Virus record (IMG/VR): IMGVR_UViG_3300028591_000080
Coordinates: 95,745-159,744 of that record
DNA length: 64,000 nucleotides
Strand: one strand, 5' to 3'
Origin: a virus
Taxonomy: Duplodnaviria; Heunggongvirae; Uroviricota; Caudoviricetes
Below, piece by piece: positions 1 through 13,748 of this stretch (its first letter is position 1; every line of letters begins with the position of its first letter). Below the pieces are notes generated by a model, which had not been told where the DNA came from, made no database searches, and saw nothing but the letters and a program-made list of their open reading frames with translations. The position numbers were made by a program, and so were the translations under genes.

Positions 1-3000
1 TTCACCTGTATCTTCTCTATATACTTTAAATGAATATGCAAAGTCTTTTATTTTTGTAGGTTCACCAATATTAGTTACACTAAATCCTCGAACATCTTCT
101 TTACTACATAATTCAACCCACTCTGATAAAGGAGTTTTACTACCATTTTGATAAACAAATGTTCTCCAATAAATTTTATTAGCTTCTATTGTTTCAGTAG
201 TAATTTCTTCTAAAGTAATACTATTACCATCTTTTAATTCAATTTCAGGCATAGTAAGTGGTAAAGTTGTTGAATTATATGTTTTATCATCTTTATCACC
301 GATATCTTTAGCTGGGTCTCCGACTATAGCACTAATAGCAATAGTTGTTTGAACTCTATTTTCATGTTCTTCATCTATAGTAGAAGTTGCACTTAAATTT
401 AATTGTTTAATACTTTTACCAGTAGGACCAGTAGGACCAACAGGACCTGCAGCACCATCAGCAATTTCAATTGCCTCTAAAGTATTAAGAGATGTATCTT
501 TAAATGTAACGGTTTGGACTCTGACATTATCAACATATGATTCAGTAGTTTCAATTTTTCCAATTCCTGGATTATTCTCGATAAAGAATGGAGTTAATGG
601 TTTAATATTTCCATCTGGATCTTTTAATTGTTGAGTAATTTTAATAGCACCATCTGTATATCTATCATCATAAGGTAATTGAGATTGTTTATCTCTATGA
701 GCATATAATGAAGCATATTTTTCAATAATTGGATCAACTAAACTAGCACCATCTCTACCTGGGTCACCTTGTGGACCTTTTAAGTCTTCTAGATTAACTA
801 TGTCATGAGCTGGACTTATAATACCGTCTTTTTCATAATAGTAAACGATTTTTCCACCTTGAACTTCAATAGTAGGAGGTAAAATATTTTGAATAGTGTA
901 TGTTTGAGTTTTAGTAATTACACCTGAACCATCCTCTGTAGGACGCTCATAATAAATTGTAACAGTAGATGCTCCATCATTGACATTAATATTTGTTACT
1001 TTAATATCTGTAATACTATAACCTTGTTTACCTTGTAAATTTCTTATAAATTGAACAAAATTACTAGGAGATTCTGTATATAATTCCTCGTCATTCTCTG
1101 TAACTAAAGTTTTTAATAAGAATAAATCACCATTATTACTAATTAATAATGCATGTAATGCAAATGATTTATCACTTTTACAAATAGTTAAAAGTTTATT
1201 AAATGATATATAATTAATTCCTTCAAATTCATAATAATCTTCACTTGAATAAGTATAAACATTAGGTGCATCACCTTTTTCACCTTTTTCACCAGGATCA
1301 CCTTTTTCACCTTTATCACCTGGTTTACCTTGTAGACCTTGTGGACCTTGTACAGTCGGAATTTGAATAGTAGTTGTTTCAGGTTTATCTTCATCTTGAG
1401 CTGAAATATTCCAAGTAAAGATGATATCTTTATAGAATAATACTGCACTCTCTTCAAATTGGTCTATTTCTTCTCTTGTTAAAGGTGTATATTGTGTTCC
1501 ACCTTCAATCTTAGTTAAACCAGGACCTCTTAAATCTCTTGTTGAATATAAGATAGGGTCATCTTCTTTTTTATCTCCATTTAGAGCTAATTTTACATTA
1601 TATGTTTTAGTATCATAATAAGGTAATAAATAAGCACCATCATCAACAGTTATAGTTTTATCTAATCGATGTTCAATTCCATCAGCATCTGTAACTACTG
1701 GAGTTAATTTTTGACGTTTCCAAACAGTTTGTCCATCAATTTTTTTATTATCAACAATTTGAATATCAAAATCTGTTAATGAATCTCCTTGCTTACCTGT
1801 GTCACCTTGTTCACCATTTTCTCCACGTAATTCATCTAAATTGACTAATTTAGTCCATTCAGCGTCTGTTGTATATTTTCAAGCGATATATTTTGTTACT
1901 TTTTCATCTTCTGAAATTTCCTCTAAAATTTCGAATTCGACATCTTTTCCGTCATTTACTGTATAAGTAAAGTCTGGAGTATAAACACCTGAATAGCTTT
2001 GGTCATATCTTTGGTTAGTTGATAAATATATATTATATCTAGTTTTATATTCTTCTGTATAAGTATCATCTTTTTCAATATCTTTTATTGAAGCTGGCTC
2101 ATCTAAATAGAATGAAGCTGAATGCCAAGTTGTAGAATCATCTGGATCACCATAAGTAACTAAAAATTTAACTTTTCCAAATAAATCTGATTTAGCCTTT
2201 TCAATACTAACAACACTTTCACCTTTAGGTCCTTGAGCTTTAATTTTAGTATCAGTATCTCCAATAAACCAAGTTTTAGTTATTTGATCTATATGTGGAG
2301 TTGTACCGTCTATACCAATAGCTTTTACACCTGTTGGTTCAGTTCCAATATACCAATATCCATTTTTAATATTTGGAACTGGAGCATCTTTACCATTTGT
2401 GACAGTAAATTCGTATGAAGTATTGTCTGAATAATTTATATAATAATGATCTTCTAAACCTTCAGAGTATTTTGTAACAGATTCAATTCCACGTCCATCA
2501 ATACCATTAGTAACAACAAACTCTTTTGAACTTCCACTTGTTAAATTTATTCTAATTCTAGTATCATTTCCATCTGGTTCTATATCAATACGACTAATAC
2601 CAACACCATCGTTACCTTGATGTACTTTGAAGGTACCTATAGGTACATCACCATCCCTAAGAACTTCATATTCTTCATAATTATTTTCAGTACCTATATA
2701 TCTAACCTCTTTAATAGAATTTCCATCTTGTCCGTCTTGTCCTTGAGGACCTTGATCACCTTTTTCACCACGATAAATTTTAAAGACTTTAGTAAGAGAA
2801 CCATCAACCTCTCTATTAAAAGTAATAGTTAAATTTTGATATTCCTTATCTTCTTCATCTTTTATAAAGTTAGGATCTAAATTAATATTTACAATTTGTG
2901 TACCAGTTTCACCTTGTGGACCTTGAAGACCTTGTTCACCAGTATCACCTTTGTCACCTTTATCACCTTTTGGACCTTCAGTAGCAGAAGACATATTAAC

Positions 3001-3642
3001 TAAATAATTCCATTCAGAGCCACTCCAAGTGTAAACAGAACCATAGTTTTTCTTTTCTGGTCTTAAATCACCTTGAGTACCTAAAATAATAACATTATAT
3101 CCAACATTAAGGCCTGTAGTATCAATTAACATCATTTCTTCATAAGATGCAACTGATTTATCTATTGCCCAGTTTTTACCAGGATCACCTTTAGGACCTT
3201 GTTCACCTTGATCACCCTTAGGACCAGGTTCACCTTGTGGACCAGTCTCACCTTGTGGTCCTTGTTCACCTTGAGGACCTTGAAGACCTTGTTCACCAGG
3301 ATCACCTTTTTCGCCCTTTAAATCTGCTAAAGAACATTCAAGAGTAGTATCATCAGTAAATGTTAAAACTAATTTATTTTTTCCATCTTGTGTTGGTACT
3401 AAATCTAAAGATTTAATACTTTTTGCTCCAGCTTCCTCTTGATAACCATCAGCTTGAGTCCATCTATATGTTTTTTTATCTTGACTTACATAAACAACTG
3501 TACCATCAACTAAAACGCTTTTATTAATCTTAGCGCGTTCAGTATAATTAGCTACAACTATGTAAGTACCTCTAATTTCTTTACCATCGGCAACATACTT
3601 ATTTGTAATATTTGTTAAATTTTGAGTTATTTGTATTGCCAT
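1..3642 (-). CDS. Large collagen-like tail fibre/adhesin (>1200 aa, runs off the window); code 4
   Basis: Track ORF 1879-3642 continues through TGA 1879-1881 (KYIA-W-KYTTDAEWTKLVNLDELRGENGEQG) with no TAA/TAG seen down to position 1; many G-X-Y repeats. Confidence 0.85.
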
Positions 3643-3664
3643 ATTTTACTACTCCTTAAATTTT

Positions 3665-5980
3665 TTAAACTTTTAAATCTATTCCTGTGGCTCCGTCTGC
3701 TGGAGTGTATTTATGTACATTATAAGGAATATTAAGTCCACTATTTATACGTATATTCTTAGTAGTTTTTACATAATAATCTGGATCTAATGCAACCTCA
3801 AGATATTCTTGAGAGAAACTATCATAAATTTTTAAGTTTCCAGAATTCATTGTTAGATAATAAATACATTGACCACTTCCAATATTAATATTTTTAGCAT
3901 TTCCAACAGAAACTTGAGTTAAATGATCTACATCAATTTCTTCAGAAGCACTTTGAACAATATAATAATCGTATTTAATAAAGCTATTACGAACATTACT
4001 ACTAGTTACATAACCATTTTTCGTGTCATAACAAGTAGCTCTGAAGTAATCAGCATATCCTACACTATTTAATGTAGTCAAATTAATAGGTGTATCTAAA
4101 TCAATAGTCATATTTAATGATATATTTTCTGTTATATCTTTTTTAATATCCCAATTAGCAGAATCATTTAATTTATATTCAAGAACAACTCTTGATATAT
4201 CTTCTGTACCTTTAGTTATATTAATATTAACTGATGAAACAGATCCCATATTTGTACCTATTTCTATATTATTTCTACCAATACCACTTCCACTTACAGA
4301 AATTCCTTGAGGTTTCTTATATGGATATAATATTTTATCTAATAATTCTTTTATTGTAATATTATTTATTGTAGAACCTGCAGGTAATCCACCTACTGTA
4401 GCACTAGTATCACCTTTACCAGCATAAGTCATATTTAAATTTAAATAATCTAAATCTGTACTTATAGTTTTATTAGTAATATTGATACCGTTTCCTTCAG
4501 TATATTCATTTTCAAAAGTAATTTGTTTTTTACCTTGATCATCTAATCCAATAACTAAATATTGACCAACTTCACCATCATCGACATTTATAACTTTATT
4601 TGCTAATTCACTGAAATCAACTTCAATATCATCGCCTTTATTAAAACTAAATATTAGTTTAGATTTATCTTGAGACCAATTAATTTCAGTAATAGTATTT
4701 CCATCAGCACCATTTTTAACAGTAAATGTACTTGTTAACGGATCACCACGATCATAAGTGATTGTATAGACATCTATTAAATCATGAGATTGATCTGGAT
4801 CTTTAGTAATTGAAACAATACTTCTACCATCTAATCCATTATCACCATCATGACCACGACCACCACGATCACCTTTTAGATCACTTAGAGGCACTAAATT
4901 TGTTCATTCTGTAGCGTTTTCTGCTTTATATTGTATATAACCACCATATTTTCTAAAAATGGTTTTAGGGCCGATTTCACCAATATCACCTTTAGCTCCT
5001 TTTTCTCCGTCTTTAACTTCGAAATAGGTTTTAGTGTTATCAGTATATAAAATACGATATCTAGTAGTTAATCCATCTTTTGAATCTATGTCTACAGAAT
5101 AGATACCTTTACCAGTTTCTCCTTTTGGACCAGCAGGACCTTGAGCTCCTTGTCTACCATTTGTAACTTCAAATGTTGTTGTTTCACCATCTTCAAAAGT
5201 TATAGTATAAGTATCAACTAATCCTAATGTATTAGTTTTTTCAATACTAGATATTCCAAATCCACGAGGACCCTTAATCTCTTCTAATGGAATAATTGGG
5301 ATTCAAGGAGTAATAACAACACCATCATGATCTTTAACTCGATATTCGATTCGTTCATCTGTTTTTCTTAATTCTAAAGTATGTGGATAAGCAGAAGTAC
5401 CTGAATCTACTATTTGACCACCTTCTTGAACCATCCAATGTCCATTTGTTTGATTGATTTGTGGACTATATCCTTGAGAGATTGTTGCAATTGGGAATAA
5501 ATCATTCCAATTTTCATCGATATCTGGTAACGAATTATGTTTTCATTGAACTACCTTTTGATCAGCCCATGGACCTCCGGCTTTACCATTTTCGCTGTAT
5601 CGTAATACAACTTTATCCATGTCTTTACCATCTTCACCTTTAGGACCACGTTCAACAAAGAAGTTCTCTTTACTTCCATTAGTATATTCAATAATATACT
5701 TGATTTTTATTCCTTCTGGATCAACGTAATCTTGATCTTTATATATAGTTCTAATACCTTTAGTCGCAGCTTGAGCTTCTCTCTCTTCAGCTGTTTGATC
5801 TTTTATGATCCAACGTTGTTCAACTGCAGAATAGATATAAGAATTTCCAGTATCTAATTCTAAAAAAGTTGAACCATCATAATTTCTTCCATAATTAGGT
5901 TTTGTATCTGAACTTAAACCTTTAATATTTTTAACTTGATTTGTTCTATTTTTTGTTTGGGCCATATATAAAACCTCCAA
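3665..5980 (-). CDS. Collagen-like tail fibre protein (771 aa); code 4
   Basis: Joins track ORFs 5543-5980 and 3665-4894 via in-frame TGA at 5543, 5303 and 4904; YIQYK..ATE-W-TNLVPLSDLKG module matches the neighbouring fibre. Confidence 0.85.
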
Positions 5981-6056
5981 ATTTTATTCAATGAATCAAG
6001 TAATTTAGCAAATGGATATTCTTAAATACAAAAGAAAAGTGACGTTTAGTCACTTT

Positions 6057-6413
6057 TTAATTTGATATGATAAATTTAGTTTTTTTTGTAGTAGTAATAA
6101 CTTCTTCGTCTTCTGTTCCAACATTTTTTCTTAATTTTATCTCATAATAATAAATTCCAGGAATTAAGTTGGCAGTCTCATCGCTAGATAGTCTGATTTT
6201 AACAGAATTTCCAGTCATATCAGAACAAAAGAATTTTTTTCTAATAATAGCGTCTTCAAATAATGCATTTGGAAGCATAATTCCAAAATATAAAATATCA
6301 TTATTTTTTAAAATATATGGCTCTGCACAAATAACGCAAGGTTCATCATAAATCTTATAATTCATATTAAGTGTATCGCCACGAACTAAAGAGATAATTC
6401 CAGATCTATTCAT
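6057..6413 (-). CDS. Structural protein, BppU-like Ig-fold
   Basis: ISLVRGDTL N-terminus and YYYEIKL strand pattern typical of phage baseplate-upper-like proteins. Confidence 0.55.
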   Translation of the reverse strand: MNRSGIISLVRGDTLNMNYKIYDEPCVICAEPYILKNNDILYFGIMLPNALFEDAIIRKKFFCSDMTGNSVKIRLSSDETANLIPGIYYYEIKLRKNVGTEDEEVITTTKKTKFIISN

Positions 6414-6422
6414 TTAAATCTC

Positions 6423-6947
6423 CTATTGTCTATCTAAATATCTTCCATAAATAGTATCACTAACGCTAATTTTTTTAAAAGTTTCAATTTTTGTAGTATC
6501 TACATACTCATCACGTTGTCCATTATCAATATCTAAAATAATTACAACTTCACATAATACTAAATGTCCTGGAGCTGTGGTTCTTAATTTTATTGTTTCT
6601 TCGGCTGGTAATTTTAGTAAGATTGAATCAACATTATCATTTTCTTCACCTACTCCATAAGTAAATGAGAAATAAGGATTAGGAAGCAATTTTCCTTCTG
6701 GATCAAAACGTTCGTCTCCAAATAAATCATATTTTAAAATCCTACCATCTTGTCTAAACATAAAAGATAATTGTTTAATATCATTAATAGTATAACTATA
6801 TATTGGGTGTCCTTCTTCATCTTTAAGTATATATTCGAACATAGCTGAAGCACCTCTAGAAATATATTCAACTTCTTCTTCTGGTTTTATAATTGGTTCT
6901 TCTGGTGGAAAAACTCCAATAATTGTTTTAATATTTAATTCATTCAT
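6423..6947 (-). CDS. Hypothetical protein, probably structural
   Basis: 174 aa ORF with SD site in the tail operon. Confidence 0.7.
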   Translation of the reverse strand: MNELNIKTIIGVFPPEEPIIKPEEEVEYISRGASAMFEYILKDEEGHPIYSYTINDIKQLSFMFRQDGRILKYDLFGDERFDPEGKLLPNPYFSFTYGVGEENDNVDSILLKLPAEETIKLRTTAPGHLVLCEVVIILDIDNGQRDEYVDTTKIETFKKISVSDTIYGRYLDRQ

Positions 6948-6956
6948 AATATTCTC

Positions 6957-7391
6957 CTACTTAATACTTAAAATCATATCATTCTCAGAAATTAATACAT
7001 AACAAATATCATTATAATCTACTTTTAAATTTATATAATAATTTCCATAAGGAAGTGTTTCTTCACCAGCATAAATTTGAGCACGAATAGTTTTATTAAG
7101 TGTACAAATTTCTAATTCTTCTTCTATTTCAGCAACTAATTGGTGATATTTATCGTAAATTTCTAAATAAAAATATCCATTTGTTAATAAATCATAATCA
7201 GCACCATCTAAAGTAAAAAATAGAGAAAAAACAGTGTCTTCTTTAGCTTCTACTCCAATCAATTTACCGGCAAGATTGTAAACTAATTTAGCAGAGGTAG
7301 TAAAATTATATCTTTTTTCTTTTTTCTTTTTAAGTTCAGGATATTGACCACTTTTATCAGCTAAGTCATATATATCAAAGATTCTTGACAT
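6957..7391 (-). CDS. Hypothetical protein, probably structural
   Basis: 144 aa ORF with GGAG SD; TGCTAAATT motif upstream at 7428-7436. Confidence 0.7.
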   Translation of the reverse strand: MSRIFDIYDLADKSGQYPELKKKKEKRYNFTTSAKLVYNLAGKLIGVEAKEDTVFSLFFTLDGADYDLLTNGYFYLEIYDKYHQLVAEIEEELEICTLNKTIRAQIYAGEETLPYGNYYINLKVDYNDICYVLISENDMILSIK

Positions 7392-7489
7392 AAAGAACTC
7401 CTATCTATATTTTTTAAATACTCATACAATTTAGCAATTAAATAAGAAAGAAAAAAGGTCTAATCAAATTAGACCTTAAAAATTTATAA

Positions 7490-7834
7490 TTAATTTTTCT
7501 TAGCTTCAATGAATGCATTATTATTAGCAACTATTTGGTCAATAACTGCTAATAATTGATTCATAAATGGCTCAATGTCTATATTCTTTGCAGCAGCTGC
7601 AGCCTTAATAGCAGCAATAGCAATTTCTTTCTTTTCTGCACCTGATTTACCTGTTTTTTCAGCTTCATTTACTGCGGCAATAGCCATATCTTTTAAATCA
7701 GCAAATATTTCTTTAGCTTTTTTACCTTTAAATAAATTATAAATTACAACTCCTAGAGGAATAGCAGCAGATAATAAACCTACAACTGCACTAATTAAAG
7801 CAACGATCGCATTAGCATTTTCTATAAAATCCAT
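7490..7834 (-). CDS. Holin, LL-H-like
   Basis: N-terminal TM helix, then AVNEAEK..SGAEKKE..A..I..L...IDQIV pattern. Confidence 0.7.
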   Translation of the reverse strand: MDFIENANAIVALISAVVGLLSAAIPLGVVIYNLFKGKKAKEIFADLKDMAIAAVNEAEKTGKSGAEKKEIAIAAIKAAAAAKNIDIEPFMNQLLAVIDQIVANNNAFIEAKKN

Positions 7835-8349
7835 TATTCGTTCTCCTTTTTATCTTCAATTCTTCTGCCTTTACCGTGTTCTACATCTGGAATAGTTGGT
7901 AAGTTATTAACTTCTTCTTTCCATTGATCAACATATTCCTTGAAGTGATTGCCACCTAATTCTTTATAATCATTATATAGTTGATTTCAAGCAGCTTTAT
8001 CATTTCTTGATGCATAACCTAAATCTCTATATCTATCTCTTAATAACATTAAGTCTGTTCTTAAACTTGTTGTGGTAGCTGATTTATTTAATTTTAATTC
8101 TTCTTGAATTTCATCCAATTTTACAGATAACGGATGAATTAAATCTAGAACTTTTTGTTCCCACTCTTCTTGACGGCGTCTTTCTTCTTCATGTCTTGCA
8201 TCGTCTTCGGCTTTCTTTTCTAATTCTTTAATTCTATTAATCTTAGCAGCACTATGACGCCAGATTGTATTTACTATTAAAGTTATTAGAGCAGATCCGC
8301 CCAGAGCTAAAAATACTGTTAACCAAACTGGCATGCTGGTCACCTCCAA
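7834..8349 (-). CDS. Holin-adjacent membrane/coiled-coil protein (171 aa); code 4
   Basis: Reads through TGA 7987 (DKAA-W-NQLYNDYKELGGNH) to a TAA overlapping the holin ATG; N-terminal TM; Y..Y..LGGN motif common in lysis-module genes. Confidence 0.75.
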
Positions 8350-8469
8350 AAAACAAAATATTAACTAAATAATTTAGCATATCATTAAATAACTTTTATT
8401 TAAATTACTTATCACATAATTTAGCATATAAATACATATAAAAAAGAGTTATTAATAACTCTTTTTTAC

Positions 8470-9576
8470 TTAATTTAATCTAAATAACATTAAATTTAAA
8501 TATTCAGTATTTCAGTCTTTATTATCAAATATTTTGGAATAATCATATAAATCGATTTGTGAAAATGCATTGCTTAAACTTAATTGTTTTTCGTCTTGTA
8601 AATATTTAATATAATTTATTAAAGGTTTATATTCAAAAAACTTATTTATTCCGTTATAATTAATTAATTTTCTAATACGATCGTCTTTTACTAAGTCCTG
8701 ATCATAAATCGTACTTGTTAAATTTAGCTGTTCACAATTAAATAAAGTCATCGATCTATGATTAAGAAAATCTTTATTAATATACTTTAAGATAAAAGAT
8801 GAAATACTACCTTCTAGTTCTTCTGCACCTTTCCATCCGTGTGCATCAGCACCACGTGCTTTTCTATTTGGTATATGTCTAGTTAAAGAACCAAATATAA
8901 TTTTTACACTTCTAAATACCGAATCAAGATAATTTTTTCTATCTTTTATATTATTTAAAAGTCTAACCATGGCACAGAACTTGTCTTGATAACCACCAAA
9001 AAGCTCTAAGATATTTTCATTATTATAATTTGGAATAAAATTTTTAATATTTTTAAACTGATATAAATTTTCTGGCATTAATCCTTCAAATCCATAACAA
9101 ATTCCACCTCTATAAAAAATTCCACTATCTGTCGCGAAACAATTTGGTCGAAATGGTCCATTTAAAATTGGTTTACAACAAACAACAGCTAAATCTGAAT
9201 TTGTATTAAATTGGTATAACACTTCTAAAATATCTCCACCACACAATTCACTATCAAAGCTCATATCATCATCTAATAATCCATATACTAAACTATCAGG
9301 ATATAGTATTGCACATTCATTTCTCATTTGAATTAATGGAGTGTATGGTTTTATGATTTTATAATCTTTATAAAAATATTTATATTCAAAATGTAAATTA
9401 TCTAATTCTGTTAGAACTTTATTAATTTGAGTATCTGTGTACGGAGGTTGAAAACAAATTGCAAAATTAACATAATCCTTTGTAATTTTGATATTTTTTA
9501 ATGAAGGTAAAAGTCATTTAAACATTTCATCTGGTTCACATGTTGGTAATAAGAATGTTATTTTATTTTGAAACAT
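8470..9576 (-). CDS. GT-A fold glycosyltransferase-like protein (368 aa); code 4
   Basis: Start MFQNKITFLLPTCEP with AAGGAG SD; TGA at 9514 and 8512; LLDDDM (DXD) motif; paralogous to the N-terminal half of 16111-17448. Confidence 0.7.
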
Positions 9577-10530
9577 TTATTTATTATCTCCTTTAATTAA
9601 ATTAATATATCAACATAAATTACAATATATTTTATTATTAGATTTATTATTAATAAAACACTTATCAAAATCCTTATTTAAAGGTAATTTAAAATCTTTA
9701 ATTGAAATAACTTTATATGCTTGATGAACTCCTTTACAGCCACAACGATATACTGATCCATCAGGCTCTATAAATATACCATTATATCCAGCTGAACAAT
9801 CGAAATCAGTTGGGTCAAAGCCACCATCATCTAAAGTATTTGCAAATTGAACTCCATTAGAAATATTAAATGTTTCTTTACTAGTAATAACTGTTGCATA
9901 ATTACCGGTTTGATTTTTTCAATATTGTTTCATAAAATTACTTAAAGTTTCATTTAAAGGTTCTATTTTATTTTTATCTCCTCTAACAACACTTAAATTT
10001 AATTTTACTTTGTTATTTTTTAAATATTCATAATTAGCTAAATCAAAATTATTATCTACCATTAGTCTACATATAGGTAAGGAATAACCATAATCTAAAC
10101 ATCATTTAGTTAATTCAATTATTTTATCATCATAATCTTTATTTTCATCATGCTTACTACACATTAAACAAAAATTAATATTTCTACTTCTCGTATAAAT
10201 ATATAATTCTTTATAATAAGTTACAGAATTAGAAAAATTAGTCGTCATACTAATTTTATTGATTCTATTTATCTTATCTAGAATATTAATTCAATTATAA
10301 AATGCAACCTCTCCACCTAATAATTTAAAATAAATTTTTTTATCTTGAGGTAATCTATTAATAAATTTATTTATATACTCAGCAATCTGTAATACTTTAT
10401 TTTCATTTACATAACTTTCTTTAGGACTAACACAATAAGAGCAATGATAATTACACCATCTTGTAGGATGTCAATTAATTAAAAAATAATCACTATTTAA
10501 TTTGATAGCTTGTATATCACTACTCTTCAT
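9577..10530 (-). CDS. Radical SAM protein (317 aa); code 4, absent from the ORF track
   Basis: IN-W(TGA 10471)-HPTRWCNYHCSYC CxxxCxxC motif, GGEVAF, C-terminal Cys cluster (DCSAG, IFIEPDGSVYRCGC). Confidence 0.85.
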
Positions 10531-11317
10531 TATATTTTTTCTCCAAATCTTCTATCAATTTTGGTAAAAATTTTTTATCAGCAAAGTCAACAATGCTTTT
10601 TAATTTATTACTAAAATAATATACTCCTCGATATTGCTTTTTAAAAAAATCTGATTCTTTTGTACAAAAAATAATTCTATCATTATTTTTAACTATTAAT
10701 TTATATTTATGACTACACCATAATTTATTAAATCTTTGATAATAATTAAAATCGTCATTATTAATAATAACATAAATAAAACATTGTTTTTTAAATGCAC
10801 TTAGATGAATAAAAGTTCTATTTCAATTAAATAAATCTATATTAGAAGGACGATTAAATTTTAAAAAATGAAAAATTTCTTTATCCTTCATATTTAAAAA
10901 TGATTTATTTAAAAATTTGTCTCAAATCATTTTAAATATACGTGTATTATTAGCATTATAGATTTTATCTCAACAGTCATCGAAATAGATTTTATCTAAA
11001 AAAATATTATTTAATGCATCTTCAGAAATTAATACATCACCATCAAGTCATAAATAATTATTATGTTTTGATAAAATATAAATTCTAAAAGCATCCGCTA
11101 TAAATTCAATCCTCTTATTTGTGTATAAATCCCATATAGGACTAAATAATTTTCAAAATTCAATATATTCAGGATTTAATTTATTATAAATAATAATATT
11201 TTTTATATTTAAATTATTATTTTTATAATTATATCAAGAATTTAAACAAATTTTTTGTAACTCATTATCAAAATAATTATTTAAATTTAGTGAAAATATT
11301 GTAACCATATTATTCAT
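10520..11317 (-). CDS. GT32/OCH1-like DXD glycosyltransferase (265 aa); code 4, absent from the track
   Basis: ADAFRIYILSKHNNYL-W(TGA 11048)-LDGDV matches the sDxxRlxxLxxxGGxYxDxDv motif. Confidence 0.75.
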
Positions 11318-12287
11318 CTCTTTTTCATGAATCTGATTTATAATGTAATTTACATTGATCTAAAAATTCTTTTAATTCTTCAAATTTTCTTGAAAGTATT
11401 CCACAATTAAAACAAGGATGAGATTGATCGACTATTTCTCCATTAAGAATTTCTTTAGTTCTCATGTATTCAAGACTATTAAATAACCCTTCTAAGCCAA
11501 TATCAAAAACATTAATGTTAGTAGGAATTTTATTTCCACAGCAGATCAATCATAATCCGTTTCAATTAATAACTATTTTTTCATCAAAATAAGTTGTTTT
11601 ACATTTATGAAATTTACTATGATTATGTTCTTTTGGTAATTGCTTTCTATTTAATCACTGTAATCCAGTAAGCTCTTTTATTTTGTCCGGATTTGACGGA
11701 ACATAATCTAATTCTCAAGTTAATTTAAACTCTATTTTAATTCCTAATTTATTAGCTAAGGTTAAAGCTTTTTGAATTTCTTTTGGATCATCATCTGTTT
11801 GCATTACAATATATTGTCATACAATTTCAGGATAAGTAGAATTCTTTTCTTTCTTGTAAGTAATTAATTTTTTAAGATTATCGATAACAATATTAAAATC
11901 TCCTCCACGTCTGTATCTTGAATAAACTTCTTGGCTTGCTCCATCTATAGCAACATACACAATTTTAACTTGATAATCAACTAAAGCTTTAATTAATTCA
12001 TCTGAGACTTTTGTAAAATTAGTACCATTTTTAATAGTTATATCTATATTATTTTCATATGCATATTTAATTATTTGAGGTGCTTCTGGATTTAATAATG
12101 GTTCACCACTATTAGATATTTCAATACTAGAAATTAAATCCTTATTTTTATCTATAAATTTTTTAAAGTTTTTAAAAGTCAGAAAGCCAGCACCAATTTT
12201 TCCATAATTTATCTTACGCATTCCACAGGCTGGACAGTTTAAATTACATCAAGTAGATATGTCTAATTGAATTCTATATTTTTTCAT
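11310..12287 (-). CDS. Radical SAM/SPASM-twitch protein (325 aa); code 4
   Basis: DIST-W(TGA 12249)-CNLNCPAC, GEPLLNP, C-terminal KC..INWNGLWLICC..HPCFNC; joins track fragments 11817-12221 and 11325-11549. Confidence 0.85.
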
Positions 12288-12723
12288 AACTATCCTCCAG
12301 TCTATAAATTAATTCTTCAAGATTATAATCACTATTTTTTATTAAGTAAGTATTAATATTTAATGAATTACATAAATCTTTTAAATTAGATAAATATATT
12401 CCATCATCTAAAAAACTTGAATCAATTCTGTTACAGGTTTTTCTAGTTTCAATTTGTTTCTTAATATTTAGAATAATAGACTCATCAGGTAAAATAACTA
12501 TTAAAGGTAATTTATATGTTGCTAATTCTCTTAATATATAAGCATTAGTACCTATAAGTAAAATCTTATCTAAAGTTAATCAATTATTTATAGTTCAATT
12601 AATAAATTCATCTTTATCTGTAAATAAATCAAAGGTTGGATTATAAAAATTATTTGGTTTGGATTTTGCTAAAGTACTTTTACCTATACCTGGAAAAATA
12701 ACATAAATATATTTACCTTTCAT
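12274..12723 (-). CDS. Small P-loop NTPase/kinase (149 aa); code 4, absent from the track
   Basis: MKGKYIYVIFPGIGKSTL Walker A; overlaps the downstream radical SAM start. Confidence 0.7.
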
Positions 12724-12735
12724 TTTTATCTCACC

Positions 12736-13746
12736 TTAATTTCTATATAAATTTGTACCAGCACATAAATCACAACGTTTATCTTTAGTAGGATTATTTG
12801 AATTTAGTTTACATTTAACAGGTTCTGTTTTGATTTTATAATTATTTAAATCGGATAAATTTCCTATAATATCTTTTTCTAAATAAGCACATCTAGCTTT
12901 AACTATATTTCCATTAGGTAAAATAGCAATAGCATTTACTCCAGCTGTACAATAATAACCATCTGGAATAAAACCGGCTTTATCTATATGATTTGTAATA
13001 TTAGATGCACATGTAAAACCTTGTATTGTTCCATCATTTAATTCTAATTGATATGTATCTCTTTTTAGTTTTTGAATAGGATTAGAATATTCTTGATAAA
13101 TCTTATTATATTCATTTATATAATCTAAAATATTATTTGGTAAAGGTTTATTAGATTGGTTACTTAATCTTAATCGAGTTAATCTAATTCTTCAAATATT
13201 ATTATTTAAATAATCTTTTAAAATATTTTTGTCAAAATCGTCATCTACTACTAGTGTTAATTGTGGATCTTTATAACTTATTTTATCGTGATGATGACTT
13301 CTACATCAATTAGTTAAAGTAATGAATTTTTCTTTAAATTCTTTATTTTCTTTATGTAAGCTACAAATTAATACTAATTGAATTCTTCTATTAAAACAAT
13401 AATCTTCTAATTCATAAAAATAATTTAATTCTCTAGAAAAATTAGTTATTAGAACAACTTTATTTAGACGTTGTATTTTGTCTAAAATTTTAATTAGATT
13501 ATAATAAGTAACTTCTCCTCCGATTAGCTTTAAAGCAATTGATTTATTAGAATAAAAAGTATTAATTAAATCATTAATTTTAAAAGCTTTATCTAAAATT
13601 AATTTTTCATCTATTCAAGAGCATTTTAAATGGTTTGTAATACAGTAAGGACAAGAATAATTACACCAGCCTGTCATATATCAATTTATTTGAAAAAAAT
13701 CTTTTGTTAATTTAATAGCTTTTATATCATCATTATGTATTAACAT
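12736..13746 (-). CDS. Radical SAM protein (336 aa); code 4, absent from the track
   Basis: IN-W(TGA 13681)-YMTGWCNYSCPYC, IGGEVT, C-terminal YYCTAG..ARC..C..CDLC; paralogous to 9577-10530. Confidence 0.85.
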
Positions 13747-13748
13747 AA

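Noticed and set aside
1188-1457. Track ORF of 89 aa (VKKVKKV-rich)
   Set aside because: Off-frame shadow of the collagen G-X-Y repeats in the 1-3642 gene.
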